From Lytechinus pictus (lineage: Eukaryota), in contig NC_087248.1 of NCBI RefSeq assembly GCF_037042905.1, positions 6,882,001 to 6,946,000 on the forward strand: 64,000 bases of DNA, in the 5' to 3' direction. Below the pieces are notes generated by a model. The model searched no databases. It saw only the letters and a list, made by a program, of their open reading frames with translations, and was not told the DNA's origin. The translations under genes and the position numbers were made by a program. Positions 1 to 15,420 of the stretch are shown here, piece by piece. The stretch's first letter is position 1. Each line of letters opens with the position of its first letter.

Positions 1-1760
1 AATGTGGTACGTGTTTCAGTTTCTTGTTTCCAGGAAAAAATGTCGAGGGAATAATTATGAACATGTGGTTAATTCGCGTGAGGCAAAAAATAACCACAAG
101 ATGAAATGCCATATGTGCCATTTGTGTTTATAGAACGTGCAGAATGCCAGTCAGGAAGACAGTACTTAGATAGACAATGGAATCTTGGGAAAACATGGGA
201 TATTAACCTCTTTGATCTATTTGGACATTGTGAACATGTTATCCCATAACAATTTTCACTTTTTTGTTTGGTGGTTATAGTTCTGAAGTAACTTATTAGC
301 ATGTGACCCCAGGCCCTTATATGCACAAAACACACCCCCCCATCTCTCTCTCTCTGTTTCTATCAATCTATCTATCAATATGTCTGTCTTTGTGACTAAA
401 CTGAGTTTATGTGTGTTAGGGTATTTTTTCTTATTCTTTTTTAAAATACTTTTAGTGCAATTGATAAGAAATAAAGGTGACCTATTCTGGGAAATGCGAC
501 CTCCTGCATGCATGCTTACTTTTAATTTCTCTGCAGGCATCTGCGGGTATAACGTCAGCAAACCGACTGCATCGGTTCATTGACATGCCATGATGTCATG
601 CACGAACCGGATTTGATCTTGAATATAAACATGATCATAATTAAAAAGACTAATGATATACATGTACATTATCATCCCACAGAAGCAGGATTAGTTGCAT
701 GATTTTCATTATGCACTGGCGAGTGGCGACCAATTTAGCTTGTTTCTTTGTGATTTGGGCTGAAAATAATTATGATGAAAATCATAAATAAAAAAACAAA
801 ATCCCAACATGAAGTCATTGTGGTTATTGCCCCTTTCTTTCTTTCACTTAAATTAGCCTATTTCCTCCATATCGTGGGGACTTATTTTCATTTATGCTTG
901 CTTTTATCGCTTTAATTATTTTTCCATTTTTTTATGGCTCATTCATTATTTTGTTTATTTATTCTTTACATTTTATTTCATTCACTCATTCATATAGTTC
1001 ATTATTCCTGGACTTCGAAAGAAAGATAATGTCTGTTCCTGAAAGATGAACCATACCAATATTCTAAGCGAAAATATCGCTCTGTGCTTCATGATTCTGA
1101 GAATGAGATGAAGATAGGATTTGTAAACAGTAATTTATCTCTATGTATTTTCTAGCCACAGTGTATTTTTTTATTTCAAAGCGGCTGCGAATCTACTAAT
1201 CGTGGCGTAATGAATAGGGCGTGAAAAAACGTGGATACATGGGCGGAGAAGATGTGAGGGATGATCAGGGTCCCACTGAAAATTGCAATTTACAACGAGC
1301 TTGGTGATCGACTATCTCTGGGTGAATCGAACCATACCTTCATGGAATATCCCGCCTGACTAGGTCTAAGATGTCTCTTTTTGAAAGCATATCAAGAGAC
1401 AGCGATGTCTTCCATTAGTTTTCCCGACCTATCGTTGCTTCATTGTGTAACGTGTCTTGTCAGATGGTAGATCGATCGGTTGGGTTGCAACAAGACAAGA
1501 TATGCAGGTGGTATAGCACCGGTTCGCCGAGTTTCGCTCATGCGGAGTGGGGGCGCCTCGAGGGCGGGGGCGGCAGGGATATAAATAGAAGAGTGTGACT
1601 TAGAATGGGGCTCTGCATGATATATAGCTTTGTTTTACTGCGGAATCTTGCTGAAATCAGGGAGGACACCACACCTCCCTGGACGTAACATGCAGACCTA
1701 CATGTATGGATCTGTAGCCATGCCAGCTGAATTCGGGTTGGCAGAAATTCTGGAGTGGTA

Positions 1761-1940
1761 TAGTCTGCAGGCACAGACCCTGATTGAAAATTTGATCAAC
1801 AAGTGTGTCTCCACGCACAGACTAGCCCATACAAAACTTGTTGTTTCAATTTGGGCCTTCAGTACACAAGTCATGAATAGGCTGCACATTCGGTGCACAT
1901 TCGGACCCTTAACTCGAGTGAAGGGTTTCACTGCAGACTA
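1761..1940. mobile_element. Short TAGTCTGC-ended MITE; second, inverted copy at 26465..26637
   Basis: TAGTCTGCAG...CTGCAGACTA termini; colinear with the reverse complement of 26465..26637. Confidence 0.65.
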
Positions 1941-4417
1941 CAGGAGCTCCCCATAAATATTAAATCCTGAACTTCTTTTTCCCCATCTACGGTACATGTA
2001 GCTGTCAAATCCATTGTTATGTTTGTCATTGAGAATGGTATACCTGTTCGAGTGAACCTTTATGGATTCCCCCAAACTTCCGAATCGCCCCCCCCCCCCA
2101 TCTCCCAACTGCCTCGTCCGCCCCCCCAGCCGTTACCCCCTCCCCCCAGTCTGGCTAACGAGGCGCCCTGATTCAGATTGGCAAAGGAAATAGGCTTATG
2201 CCTAAATGTCAATGAGAAGAGGGGCAGATGGACCGGAGACAGAGATGGAGAGATGTATACAGAAAAGGGAGAAAATGTCTGGGAAGAAGGTCAAATTATC
2301 ACAGAACAGGTTTCTGTATGTGGCATGATGGCTGATGAATCATTATTGAGAATAAAATTGAACAAAATGTTTAAAAAAAATGTTCGTGAAGGAAATGATA
2401 TCTATAGTTGTGAGGGTAACCCGTATAACCTAGAGAATTTATATTTTGTACGTTCTTATTTTGGCAATTGCACTTAAAATGATTGCTAGTTGCTACATCA
2501 TACATGGCGGTGTTATTTCATAATATTTGCCATGTTTGCGTAAATTAATAAAATTCAATTGATGCTGTTCCGTATGGATGATTTTGTGGTGATGATGATG
2601 ATGGTGATGATGAATGATGATGATGATGGTGGTGATGATGATGACGATGACATTGGTGGTGGTAATGATGGGGGTGATGATGGTTGTGCCTGTGTGGTTG
2701 TGATGACGAAAGTTATGGTAATGCATGGGAAGATGTCTTCAATATTTTAATGTTCAGTGACGGCACTCAATAATCTGATAATTATAGTCATTATTTTGAA
2801 GGAATTGAGATAACAACTGTCAATTAAAATCATGATAATGAATGATGTTACATTCTGCTATGCAACAAGCACGCGAGATCGAGGCCGTCCCGTTACACCA
2901 CTTGATGTGTTTAGATAGATATTTCAATCATGTGCCATATCCTGATCTCGTCTCGGGTGTCAAGTGTCCTCTCCTTATTATGATAACATCTGTAGATAAA
3001 GGTTAATAGGGATATGTAGATCATGATGGGTAAATTAATCTCGTCGGTCGCATGATATTCCCCAGCTAATAAAAGTTAGTCTTTGTGCAGAAACCTTAAC
3101 AAGTAACACCAGTGTAGCAAAAGTCGTTGTGAAGAAGCTTCTGTATCGAGTCGGGAGAAGGCTAGGGGTATTATATGGGAACGAGCCAGAATTGACTATT
3201 TATTTCTTCAATCGTTACCTTTTCATAACGAGTCTGCAAATACACACCACTGTCGACAACTATGATTTTCTGTTAGGATCAAGAACAGGATCGTGTATAC
3301 TGTATAGTAACATTGTCCAACAGTTTATCCCTGTTCTCAAGTAGAAACCAGAAGATACCTACCTGCCTACATCTACATGTAGGTTGAAGGTCTATTTAAT
3401 TTAGCCATGGTCCTACTACTCTGACATGATTCAGCCATGCTCCGAGTCTAACCACCCTTACTTGGCGAATCGGACAGCTTTTCAATATACTTCATATTAA
3501 AATTCATGATCTCCCACTTTTGATTCGACTATTATCATATCCTGTTTTGACTCTTCTTTTTTATCGTTTGGTTGTTATGTTTTATTAATTTCCTTTTCCA
3601 ATTTCTTGTCTGTTTGATTCTTTCTTATTTAGCGAGAGGACACTCCTTGTAGCTTTAAAAAGTCATATTACTGTAGTTACTGTTTGAGGTAAAATCATTA
3701 TAAACCCTTTGTGAAACAAAGTGGAGTCTGTACCAGGCTACCAGCATTTGTAACATTGCCCCGGCCCGCCCTTCTCTCTCAAGGTCATTCATTTAACCCA
3801 GGTGTGATATAATCCCTTACACAATATATTAAAGGTCAATAAGAATGATTATTTGTAAGCTAATTTTGTTTAACTTCATGATATTGAGTATTGGAATAGG
3901 TATTGTGTTATATTGATTTAGCAAATCAACAATGCCTGGATTTGATATTCTAGCTGAATAAATTATTGATGAAACAGGAAATAAGCTGACATAATCTCAC
4001 CTGCACTTGGCAGAACTGAGTTTTCCTTACTAGTATAATTATGATAAGCAAGGAACGCATTTACAGTGCTTATTGAGTGGTGACGACTGACGAATTTTAT
4101 CAACATAAATCCCGTAATGTGATGTACGAGAATTGGCCAGACTACAACATGTCAGTTTGGCATTTCAAATTAAACCCACGAGATCACGTGACACGTGTTT
4201 ACCTGCATGGTGAAATTTTGTTATTCTGGAAATAACAAGGGTCTGGAAATCTTGAAAATGTATTGAATAAGATGCATTGTTTGGATGATAATGATTTTGA
4301 CACCTCTTCTCTCTCGCCCACATTCTTCCCCCCCCCCCCCCATACGCCCTCTTGTTCTCTCTCCCATCTCTCCCTTAGGTGCATTGTGTCACGTGATTTC
4401 TATAGTCCCCATCCAAA

Positions 4418-7400
4418 ATGGCGCGTAGACGTCTGATGTGGGCAGTTCTCTCCTTCCTGGTCCTATCCGTCCTCTTTTGGGTCTCCTCCATCATCATCAG
4501 CGACAAAAAGGAGTCCATTACCAGACACATATCCACTCTCGGGCAGACGGCAAGGTAAACCAAAACACACAAATGAAAAATTAAAAAAGAAGACATATAA
4601 AATGTGGTAGTCGTGATATCCAGGCGTTTATAACATTTTCTCTTTGTACACACATTATCTTGCAATGTTCTGTTAATTCTTAAATTATTTTTGATGGAAA
4701 TTTTTGGTGTATAAAATTAAGAAGTCGCTGTGTGACGATTCGATTTTGTAGGTCAAAATCATTTTGACCTTTTTTTGTGTGTGTGTTTTATATAATTCAA
4801 ATATCTCTTTAGGGCTAGATTATGATTGAATTCAAAGTATAAATGGCGATTGAAAAAAAAATGAACAAGTTAATTGTCAATCTTATTTTCTTTAGCTCAT
4901 TTTCACCAAACTGTGTACAAGACAAATGTTTTGATAAAGATGCCTGGACATTAGATTACCACAAATGTTTTCTATTTTCTACTTCCTGGCTTTTACGTTA
5001 CCTGCATGCCCAATCTTCCGTGGTTTGAGAATTTATTGGAAAAAAAAATCAATCATTGCAAATAAATAACCTATTAAATTGACTCCTTTAAAACGTCCTC
5101 TTTTTCAAAAAAAATAAGAGCTGAAAGTATAGCAGGGTTGTACTTCATTTTTCAATTACAATTTCTTAATGCTGAAGAGAATGGAAATATCAGTATTCAT
5201 GAATTTGAAGAATCAGCTACATTTTAAAGTTCCTCTTGAATAAACCCCAAATTCTTGTTTTTTTTCTGCTTCTCTCTCATATAGTTTTCATATTGGACTT
5301 TGTTTGGAGGTTTTGATAAGCCTGTTAGCCAATAATCGAGGCTCTTCAAAAACTTATTTTAAGACAAGTACAGTAGCAGAATGCATTTGCATATCATGCG
5401 ATGCATATATTATTTGGAACTTTATGTCTTAAAAGACTGAAGAGATATAAAGAAGGATTTATGTGAAGATGAGGAGTGGCACTGTCCCATTGTCCATATG
5501 GCAGTCTAGAAACAAAATCGATTAGTCAAGCATTATTGCCCTTTAAAGATGGTGCATGATCAATTCCTTGTATTTTATGCCCTATTTATTTCGTTTTCTG
5601 GATCGTTGGAAATTGAATTTGAATGGTGCAGGGAAGGTTTTTTGTTTGATAGAAATTAAATGTCCCGCATTTATTTCCGGACGATCTGGCATTTCGATTC
5701 TTTTTTATTTTTAGACAAGAACCCAATTCATATATTCCCATCTTGCGACTAATTGAGTCGACATAGCGTAGATTTTTGTTAAACATTTAACTTGCTCCCA
5801 TGTAGAAAGCTTTTTTTATCATTTAGTCCTCCATGTCCATTCCCTTCTCGTTTTGCTGTTGTTGTTTTTTTTTATCAAATTCCACATTTTCTGCATTTTT
5901 CTTTCATTTTAATCATTGCTCTTTTGCTTCGCTTTACATGCTTTTATCCATACATTGGGCGCTGCCCTATGCCATTGCTGTCAAAAGGGAACAGGTTCGG
6001 TTATTATTGCTACCGGGACCCCCTGGTTGATAGGGAGATTCGCCGAAAAACGCATGATACAGCCTTATATATATCCTAAAAAATGTTTATCTCTAAAGAC
6101 CAAATTCACGAATGATAACATTTAAGATAATTATGATTGATAAATGATTCCTTGATTTCTATAAATAATTCGTGAATTAAGAATAAAAGAGCAGTAACGC
6201 AGTCATCATTTATGATTGATTCATTTTGCATGAAATAAGAAGCTTCGCCATTTAAATTCATCAGTTAAAATGGGTGCATCCCCCTAAAAAACCCCGTTAT
6301 ATTGCTGAAATTAGACTCCTTTCGATTCCCACTTTTTTGCACTTCGCCCTCTCTTCGCTGTTTTTCGTGCTTCCCGCATCATCCCTTGCTCATGTAGATC
6401 TATGCTAGATCGCTTTCCCACTAGGGAATGTTATTTTTCGTTCCAACCACGCTTAATTTTAAGAGATAACAGTAGTGATGATGCGAAAACATAATTACCT
6501 ATCCGTTGCATCCCTTCCGGTATATGGAATATGATAACGTGATATTGAGCAACGGTATTTTCCACAACATTCAGAGGGGGTGGGGATGGGGGCCTTTGCG
6601 GTACCCGATGTTTTTGTTATCTCGTATCATGGAGGTAATAGACAAACCACCCATCACTGTCCTGTTTTTGTGAGGAAAAGAACCAATGACAAATATATAA
6701 GAAATTTTCCTACCCCGGCTTAGTGTTATTTGCATTTAATATAAAAAGAATATTAACAATTCACAGTGGTTATTATCTCCCGCGACCTCGTAAAACACAA
6801 GAGCAGCTGCTGATACAAGCCAAGCAACATCGCGAGATGTTCTTGTGTTGTTGTCACAGAATGATCGATGTCCCCCACTTTAGAAAGGTGTTGTCACTAC
6901 GAAATTATTGAAGCAATCTATAATGCATGAAGCTTTCTGATCGTGCAGGGGATGGGAGATGGTGATCAGCATGGGGGAGGCATGGGGTATCACATGATAT
7001 ACTCAATAACATCTTCCGGTTCAACCAGACTCGATGTCCTGTGCATAGTGTGTTTTATTCTTTAAAAAAATCTTCATGCTTCTGAAATTGGTTATATTCA
7101 GCTGGATGAAGTAGGAATTCATACGTACCAAAAAACGTGACGGATTTATGTTTTCACACGCGGGCATGAAACTGTCTCATCCTTGTTTCCTCTGGTGAAA
7201 TGTTAGTAGGTTAGAGCTGTAAAACAAACTACAGCTTGAGGTGCGGCAGTTGAAACCACTTGGGCTCGCGTTAATGTTTATTCACAATAAGTTTCTCGCT
7301 CCAAGTAGCATCGAAGACCGTGTCCCTCGCCGAATCTTGTCTTTCCAGTTGGGGCCAATTTGTCATGCATGCTCTGAAGCAGAGTGCGGCTAATTTTGAC

Positions 7401-8836
7401 GTGAGATGTTGAATTAAAGATAAGCATCTATCTTTTTGAGATGTGACCTGGTACTTCTATACAGGGGGCTGCCTGTAAGGTTGTTTTACTTTGCTGCCTC
7501 GATCGTGCTTGCTGCTCTCTGTAGTTTTTCACGTTTGCACTTTTATTCTTTAACTTTCTTGTTTCTAATTTCTTGAATCTTCTTTACTTGTTGCAGACTT
7601 TGGTTTGTTTCGCCTGCCTTTTTTCTTTTGTCACCTAAACCTCCACACCCCTCCATCTTGTACTCACAATCTTTCTAAAAAATTAATGCCTCTAAAATGC
7701 ATGGATATTTCTATAGTGATATGGACTTACTCACCTAATTGATTTCCGACTCTGAGAATATACTGTTGTTAGTCTTGCGGAATGATGACGACCGTTTTTC
7801 TCTCTATCATTTTTGTATCATCTGCAATTACTTTAGCCGGAAGTACGTATCATCGCAGATATGGAAGAAAGGCGAGGGTGTTTTCCCGATTCGGAAACTG
7901 GGCTGTAGTCCTCAAAACAACATCGTCTTTATCAAGACCCACAAGACAGCCAGCAGCACCACTTCTGGCATCTTTGACCATTACGCGTACTTGAACAACC
8001 TGACGGTGGCTGTACCTCCTGATGGCGCCCCTTACATGGACCGCAAGGAACTCTTTCGAAGGGACATGGTGGCAGAAACTAGGGACGTTGGCGTCGGCTG
8101 GAAGAAAGAGGACGGCTTTAACATGCTAACAGCTCATGCACGGTACCACCGACCGGAAATGGACGCTGTGGTGCACAACGCCAAATACATCACGATTCTC
8201 CGAGATCCTCGAGCTCAGTTCGTGTCTTCGTTTGTGTTCTTTAACTTTGTTGATCGCTTTGAGCGAATCTTTAAATCTCGCGGCGAGAAGTACCCGACTG
8301 TCGTTGAAGGATTCATGAAGGCTCCCAGGGAGAATTACCAGTTAATGAGCCATCGTCAGTACTCACAGGTTCTCTGGAACCAGCAGATGTTTGATCTGGG
8401 TCTCGACACCGCTTACTTCTCCAACCCTGACGTCATTGAGGAGACGATATCAAGGCTAGATTCAGAGCTAGATTTTGTGATGATTACCGAGTACTACGAC
8501 GAATCACTTTTAATCCTGAAGGACATCTTATGCTGGGAGATGGACGACATCCTCTACACACAAAGACTCGTGAGGAACTCTTCAAATGAGTTAGAAATTG
8601 ATAGCTACACTAAGGTCGCCATTAACCAATGGAACGCAGCCGACACGCGGTTATATGATTATTTCAATAAAACATTGTGGCAGCGCATAGCGGCCTATGG
8701 AACAAAGTTCCAGGACGATCTCAATACGTTCCGTCGTAAACTAGCTGTGACGTCATCGAAAAAGACTGGAAAACATTCACGGGACACCAAGAAAATAATT
8801 AAACGAATGAAAGACAGGGGTATACTTATTAGATAG
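4418..8836 (+). CDS. Galactose-3-O-sulfotransferase-like protein, paralog 1; join(4418..4554,7837..8836), 378 aa, type II Golgi membrane protein
   Basis: Exon 1 encodes MARRRLMWAVLSFLVLSVLFWVSSIII (basic N-terminus plus signal anchor) and ends AG|GTAAAC in phase 2. Acceptor ctttag|C at 7837 restores the frame of ORF 7739..8836. That ORF has the Gal-3-O-sulfotransferase motifs IVFIKTHKTASST (5'-PAPS binding), YITILRDP, N.Q.FDLG, VMITEYYDESLLILKDILCW, WNAADTRLYDYFNKTLW. An acceptor at 4377-4378 implies an upstream non-coding exon. Confidence 0.9.
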
Positions 8837-8965
8837 TACAAGTTGATTATTCCGAGTCATTTTATTCCAAACTTATACGCCATTACCCATAGAGCGACCA
8901 TGGCAGGTAATTTGGCATAATTTCTTGCTTCAAGACTATACGCTAAGTCTGTTAAACACTCTTAA

Positions 8966-10078
8966 AGGGGAATCAAACCCAAATGAAAAGTTTTTAAGAG
9001 GAAAAAGAAAAATCGACAAGTTGATACGTGAAAGTTTGAACAATATCGGAAAATTTTAAAGGTTGTAAAAGTCGGTAATCACTACATCCATGGAGACCTC
9101 AAATTGGCCGCACTTGCGATGCCATTGTGATGTAAGGCAAGGACTACCCTTCCAATTACTCCCATATAGCATGACATTATTTTTTTCTTTCATGAGGACA
9201 TAGAGCAATATGCTACCTGAGTTATATTTCGACTACTGCCCCACATGCAGGGAAAAGGTACTTGGGAGGAAATCACAAATCCTGATAATTATAGGACAAG
9301 TCCACCCCAACAAAAAATTATTTAAATAAAACGAGAAAAATCAAACAAGCATAACACTGTAAACTTCATCAAAATCCGATGTAAAATATGAAAGTTATGA
9401 TATTTTGCAGATTCGCTTAATTTCACAAAGGACTTATATGCACATCCTGGTCTGTATGCAAATGAGGGGACTGATGACATCACTATTTCATTTGTGAAAT
9501 ATTCAAGTTTTCACCTCATTGTCCCGAGAAACATTATTTCATTCCTTCTTGAACTTGTGGAATTACCATATGGTTATGTGAAGTTGGTCCTTAAAGTCGA
9601 ACCAGGGAGTTGGGAGAGATGGTCAAACCTGTGAAAAATGAAATATTGTATAATTCAAACAATAAAAAATAAAAGAAATAGTGAGTGAGGGGCATCATCG
9701 ACTCTCTTATTTGATTATCACTGAGTTGTGCATATAGCTGTGTTGTGAAACATAAGCGAATATTTAAGATGTCATAACTTTATTTTACATCCGATTTTGA
9801 TGAAATTTTCAGCGTTATGCTTGCTTGATTTTTCTCTGTCAAATCAACATTTTTGGGGTGAACTTGACCTATAAGTACATAGCCTATGGAAAAGTTATCA
9901 TTGCCTCTTGTAATAATTTTCTCACCCAGTTACTTATACATAATCTCGGGGATCTCAATCTTAAAGCAGCCATAGCTTTCTTATTGCTTGTCCGATTTCT
10001 TTCAAACTTTCACAGTTGTTTTTTCTTATTTTTCTCTTTTGCAACACAACATTTCAATGACCAAGGATGGATTCCCCT
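8966..10078. mobile_element. Kolobok-like non-autonomous element (TTAA target) containing a nested element
   Basis: TTAA-AGGGGAATC ... GATTCCCCT-TTGA termini. Confidence 0.65.
9293..9870. mobile_element. Kolobok-like element nested in 8966..10078
   Basis: Imperfect TIR AGGACAAGTCCACCCCAA / TTGGGGTGAACTTGACCT with long subterminal inverted similarity; degenerate TTAA flanks (TTAT/ATAA). Confidence 0.65.
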
Positions 10079-13000
10079 TTGAACAGTCTTTGAGGTTTTG
10101 TCTTAGCATGGACCTACTTTGCTAGTAGGTCCATTGTCTTAGTCATGACCAGAGCGCCGTTGTATTATGGTAACTTAGCCATCCAATGATAACTTCTATG
10201 GAATCTTTGATTTTGATTGGCTCTTATACATTGTAATAACAGCAAAAATACTACTCTTAATTCAACTCAGAATATTCATTAGATTTAGATTATAGGATTA
10301 AATGCTATGTATCTTTGAAATAGGTTAAAACTTGAAAATTAAATCAGAGAGATTTAGAAACTAATCACATTCGCTTTGACAGATAAACACTTCCTAAATA
10401 AAATTTTGAAAAAAGGTAAGTTCCACTGGCTTCGATTAAACTGATGATAGTTTATGTCGAAAGGTTTTCGACAAAAATGTATCGGTTTGTGTTCCTTCTC
10501 TTATTGACTATCTTAGAAACTGATTTAAATATTAATTTATACATTAAATGTATTAGTTAATTTTTAAATCAGTTACATTTGGTCGTGCTCGAGAGAGAGT
10601 ACCGGTAACAAAAACGTTCAACAAGCGATGTTGTTTTATCCATTACCAAGCCTAGTTGCACATATCCTGTTAGCTGCTGTCGTACCTGGACGTTTTATAT
10701 ATGTTTTTTCTTGATATTTCTAGTTAACAGGAATTGCCACATGTTTAATAACAAACTAAACAAAATTCGATATCAAGAATTGAATTATTATTGAACTGAA
10801 AGAAATATATGATCGATGTTGCGAACTGTGGCTGCAACATCGTGGTATGATGGTCCTTTAAAGGGACATCAGCCCTCCTAAATTAGAAGTGTTAAATGAT
10901 ATCATGGACCTACTACATGTCCATGATGATATCAATCCATCTCTAGATATTCGTCGAAGATCAATTTCTGCCTAAAAGTGATTTTATTATGCTTAAAATG
11001 AATATATACTGAAATAAACGAAAATCAAATGTGCATACTATTATGAACGCTAAAAAGTTACGATTATGCTTTCATTGTAATTCTCGACCATGCATGACGT
11101 GACTGGGTATTTTTTCTAATAAAGCTAGTAAGTAATATTGTGGACCTACTGAAAGATATTTTGCACATCCTACCATTGCACAGTTTAATGTTGGGGATTC
11201 ACTGTCTGTGTTTTGTACGTTTATTATATGTGTAGATGTTAACACAATGTTGCCTATTGCCAAATTACTGTCTCTTGTGCAGATTATTGTAAAATCAAAG
11301 TTTTAATGAACGTAATCGCTATATTTGTCAAATTATACTAAGTGATATTACCAGGTTACTGCTTTCGTCTCATGGGATGACATGGAGTACCATAAAAGTT
11401 ACTGAAATCATAAATTGTCTATTGTTAATGTGTTCTTGTGTTTTCACATATTTATATGTGACTAATTATAGTTTGTTGGCTGTAGAAATATATTGTAGTC
11501 GCGTGGCACGAAAATGTATCTATATTTTTGTTAAAAAGAAAACGCACAATACTTCTGAAATGACAAGACATCCATATTCATCAAAGACTATGTTAATGTG
11601 AGATCGAACCCACTCATATTCGGACTCCTTTTTAAATTTCTGATTTATTTATTTGAAAATGTATGTTATTTATTATCTACTTATACACTCTTGGTTGGTT
11701 TCTTCCATTTTACATATACGTGCATATTTGTTCATTCTTATCAACTCGTAATAGGAACATCTCATTCTTTTTTATTTGTTTTCAAATCAATTTCTGCTTG
11801 TTATCATGGTATTCCAGTGTATTTGGACATTATATCCCGGGTGTTTACAGGGTGATTCATAAAAAAAGAACTTTACAAACAAAATAATGGAAATGTTACT
11901 CTCAAATTTAAGACAATGACGGTTATGCAACTAAAAAAAATATCTTGCCTGTTATACGTTACCGCATTCCTTCAGTACGCTACCGCACTCCTAAGTGCCC
12001 TACCGCACCGCATTCCTGCAGTACGCTACCGCACTCCTAAGTGCCCTTTTCACATTATCATTCAGTCAAATCCACTTCTGTTCCGTTCGCGCTCAATTTG
12101 ATTTGGGTTATTTTCAGAACCATGCACGTCCATTGCTTTGCTAAGACGTTTTCCGCGTAGAGTCGTTCAGTGCTGCGAGGGTAAAGCGCTTCCGTTTTCA
12201 ATGACGGATGTTTCTTGTGCCGTTGGTTCTGACAGCGTTTCCGTCCGTTTTGATTTTTATGACACGTTGATTCACCCCGACAAAACAGTCGTACAAAATT
12301 ATATGAATGTATTTTTATATGCCTTGGTTCCCGTGATGTTATAATTATTATGATCCCGGATTCTTTGAAAATTCATCTAAACACACAGCAACGTTGCCAA
12401 ATCACATGTCATTGTGCCATACGTGTTAAAGAAAGTAATTTCGTAACTTTTTTTTACTCATGATTGCTTCCTCTTTAATTAGATATTTTCACTTATTCGT
12501 TGCGTATTTTATCGTATCAATATTATGTTATGCTTCCTCTGTCCTGAATGACAGACTTGTTTTAATCGATGTTTGTTGACATTCCTGAGACGGGAAAATT
12601 ACCAGAGATAACCAGTGTGTTTGTCAATTATATTAAAATACGTTTCAAATTAGAGCTACGTTTGTATGCAAAATAGAGTCTGTTATACAATTTTTGCAAT
12701 AGTAACGTGTGTGTTAAAGGTCTCGGATGTAGAAAATCGCAGTTTACTCAACATTCTTGCAGCATTTTTTTATCTCTTCTATATGGGACCGTCACGTTAC
12801 CTTAAGGTTTGCATGAAGACTCCTTTGAAAGAACGAATTTGATTGGACAATGTTCAGCATTATAAAGCATAAGTTTGCAACAATCACCTTGATTGGTCAA
12901 CAGCACGCTGTTGCAATAACTGCAACCTTTAATGTCATGTGAACCACCAATTGTTTTCGATTACAGTATGCAGTTCTTATTTATTTTGGATGTTTATGTC

Positions 13001-13689
13001 TTAATGTTTCCTTGTTTATTGGGCTAATGAAATTTTCTTGTATAAGATGCGCGTAAATATTGAATTTGTTGCTGCTTTTCGCGAAGTCTTCTTTTTATGT
13101 TAGGATGAAATTACCGCGGTATTAAAACTTATCATACAAGATGCAAAACCAAAGCATTTAATAAAAGTCTAATAAAACTTTATATTCTCTAAAAATAACA
13201 ACTTTCCTTTTCCCGTGCCATACAGCACCTCAGAATATTTACTCCTTCTCAGAAATATTACCAATTTAAGAGTGTATGGCTTGTTCAACAACTCATTCCC
13301 CCTTTTTGTTTACCGTGTATCAATCCTATTTTAGCGTAATCAAATTATTCTTATCTGATTTTTTTTCACGTGACAACTCAATTTTTAATCTTGACATAGC
13401 TATCAATGAAAAATGTTTATTTTGTTAAAAATGTGTCGTTGATGATTATCAAATTTTCAAAGAAAGCAGAAATGTAACTATTAATATGCAAGTACGCAAT
13501 AAAGCTCAATCAATCACATGCTATTAAATCGCAAATTCTTGTTATCCCTGTGTTTATTTTCTATGACTATTCAGATAAAAACTGATATTGCATGGGTAAT
13601 GACCCTCACCCCGTGGTTGCTCCATCTGTCAGCAATCTGATATCTGTTTTGATCATGTTGATTGCAAGCAATTATGATATGAGAGTATA

Positions 13690-15181
13690 ATGATCATGAT
13701 TTGTGACGATGTGGATGATGGANNNNNNNNNNNNNNNNNNNNNNNNNNNNNNNNNNNNNNNNNNNNNNNNNNNNNNNNNNNNNNNNNNNNNNNNNNNNNN
13801 NNNNNNNNNNNNNNNNNNNNNNNNNNNNNNNNNNNNNNNNNNNNNNNNNNNNNNNNNNNNNNNNNNNNNNNNNNNNNNNNNNNNNNNNNNNNNNNNNNNN
13901 NNNNNNNGGTGATGAGGGTGGTCAGATGATGATGGTGATGATGATTGTGATGATGGTAGTGGTGGTGGTGGTGGCGATGATGATGGTGGTGATGGTGGTG
14001 ATGATGATAGTGATGACGGTGGTGNNNNNNNNNNNNNNNNNNNNNNNNNNNNNNNNNNNNNNNNNNNNNNNNNNNNNNNNNNNNNNNNNNNNNNNNNNNN
14101 NNNNNNNNNNNNNNNNNNNNNNNNNNNNNNNNNNNNNNNNNNNNNNNNNNNNNNNNNNNNNNNNNNNNNNNNNNNNNNNNNNNNNNNNNNNNNNNNNNNN
14201 NNNNNNNNNNNNNNNNNNNNNNNNNNNNNNNNNNNNNNNNNNNNNTGGTGTTGATAATCAGTTGGTGATGATGATGATGAGGGTGATGATGGTGATGATG
14301 ATAATAATGGTAATGATGATGATGGTGGTGGTGATGGTAGTGGTGATTAAGATGATGACGATGATATGATGCTGGTGGTGGTGGTGATTAGGATGAATGT
14401 GATGATAATTATGATGATGATGATGATTATCATGATTATCATGTTGAAACTGATGATCACAGAAATGATTAATAATGTAAGATGAATGACATAAATAAAG
14501 TTTCTTCATGGTAAGATTGTTCTAATAATGCCATATCCTTAACTTGTTATATACAAACTTACTTGATACTTGAGTTTTAAATATCTTCAATCGTGCTTAT
14601 AAATGATGATTGCTACGATGATAATAATGATGTTATTATTAACTGGATAATGTTGGGATTGAGGATAATTGTTACGAGTACAATGGTGGATTATGACGAT
14701 GATTGTAATATTTTCGTTGATGATGACTTATTATAGATGCTAGAGGATGGAATAAAAATGAATGAGTCATGTGAAGAAAGTGACTTACTTCAGTAATCAG
14801 CCGAAAATGATAGGCATGCTTCAACTAAATATAGTCACATACATTTCATTTCTCATTACTACCTCTCTTTTTTTTCTCGAGTAACCCTAATTTTCTAACC
14901 TGGCTCTTTGATGCACTCGTCATGGGTCTAAACTTCATTTCGTGACACGATTAATTTTGACGAGTTAGCGCGTTGACAGATGAGTATGGCATGGTGGTGA
15001 TGGTTAATCTTGTCGCTATGGCAACGATGATGTCCGTGTTGAGAGGAGGACAAGATCAAGATGGTACTAAATTGGATCGTCATGTTGAAAGTGTGAACAC
15101 TGGTGAGGATGGCGTGATTATCTTAAAGGACGATAACGATGGTGATTGTGATGATCAGGATGGTGGTGGTGATGATGATGG

Positions 15182-15212
<31 letters not shown>

Positions 15213-15420
15213 GGTGATAAGGAGGAGGATCATGATGATGATGATAATGAAGGTGATGGTGGTGATGATGGTGGTGGTGGTGGTGGTGATATGGAGGAGG
15301 ATGATGATGATGAAGGTGATGTTGGCGGTGGGGATGATGGTGGTGATGGTGATGATGATGATGATGATGATAATGATTATGATGATCGTGGTGCTGGTGG
15401 TTAGGATGATGGTCAATAAT
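13690..15420. repeat. (GAT/GGT)n trinucleotide microsatellite clusters with assembly gaps (similar tracts at ~2580-2720, ~23590-23935, ~40453-40850, ~41430-41500)
   Basis: Directly visible; source of the poly-M/D/H/I pseudo-ORFs. Confidence 0.95.

Noticed and set aside
1250-1275. GATGTGAGGGATGATC resembling the 7SK 5' end
   Set aside because: The match is too short, runs into repeat-like sequence, and no other 7SK motifs follow.
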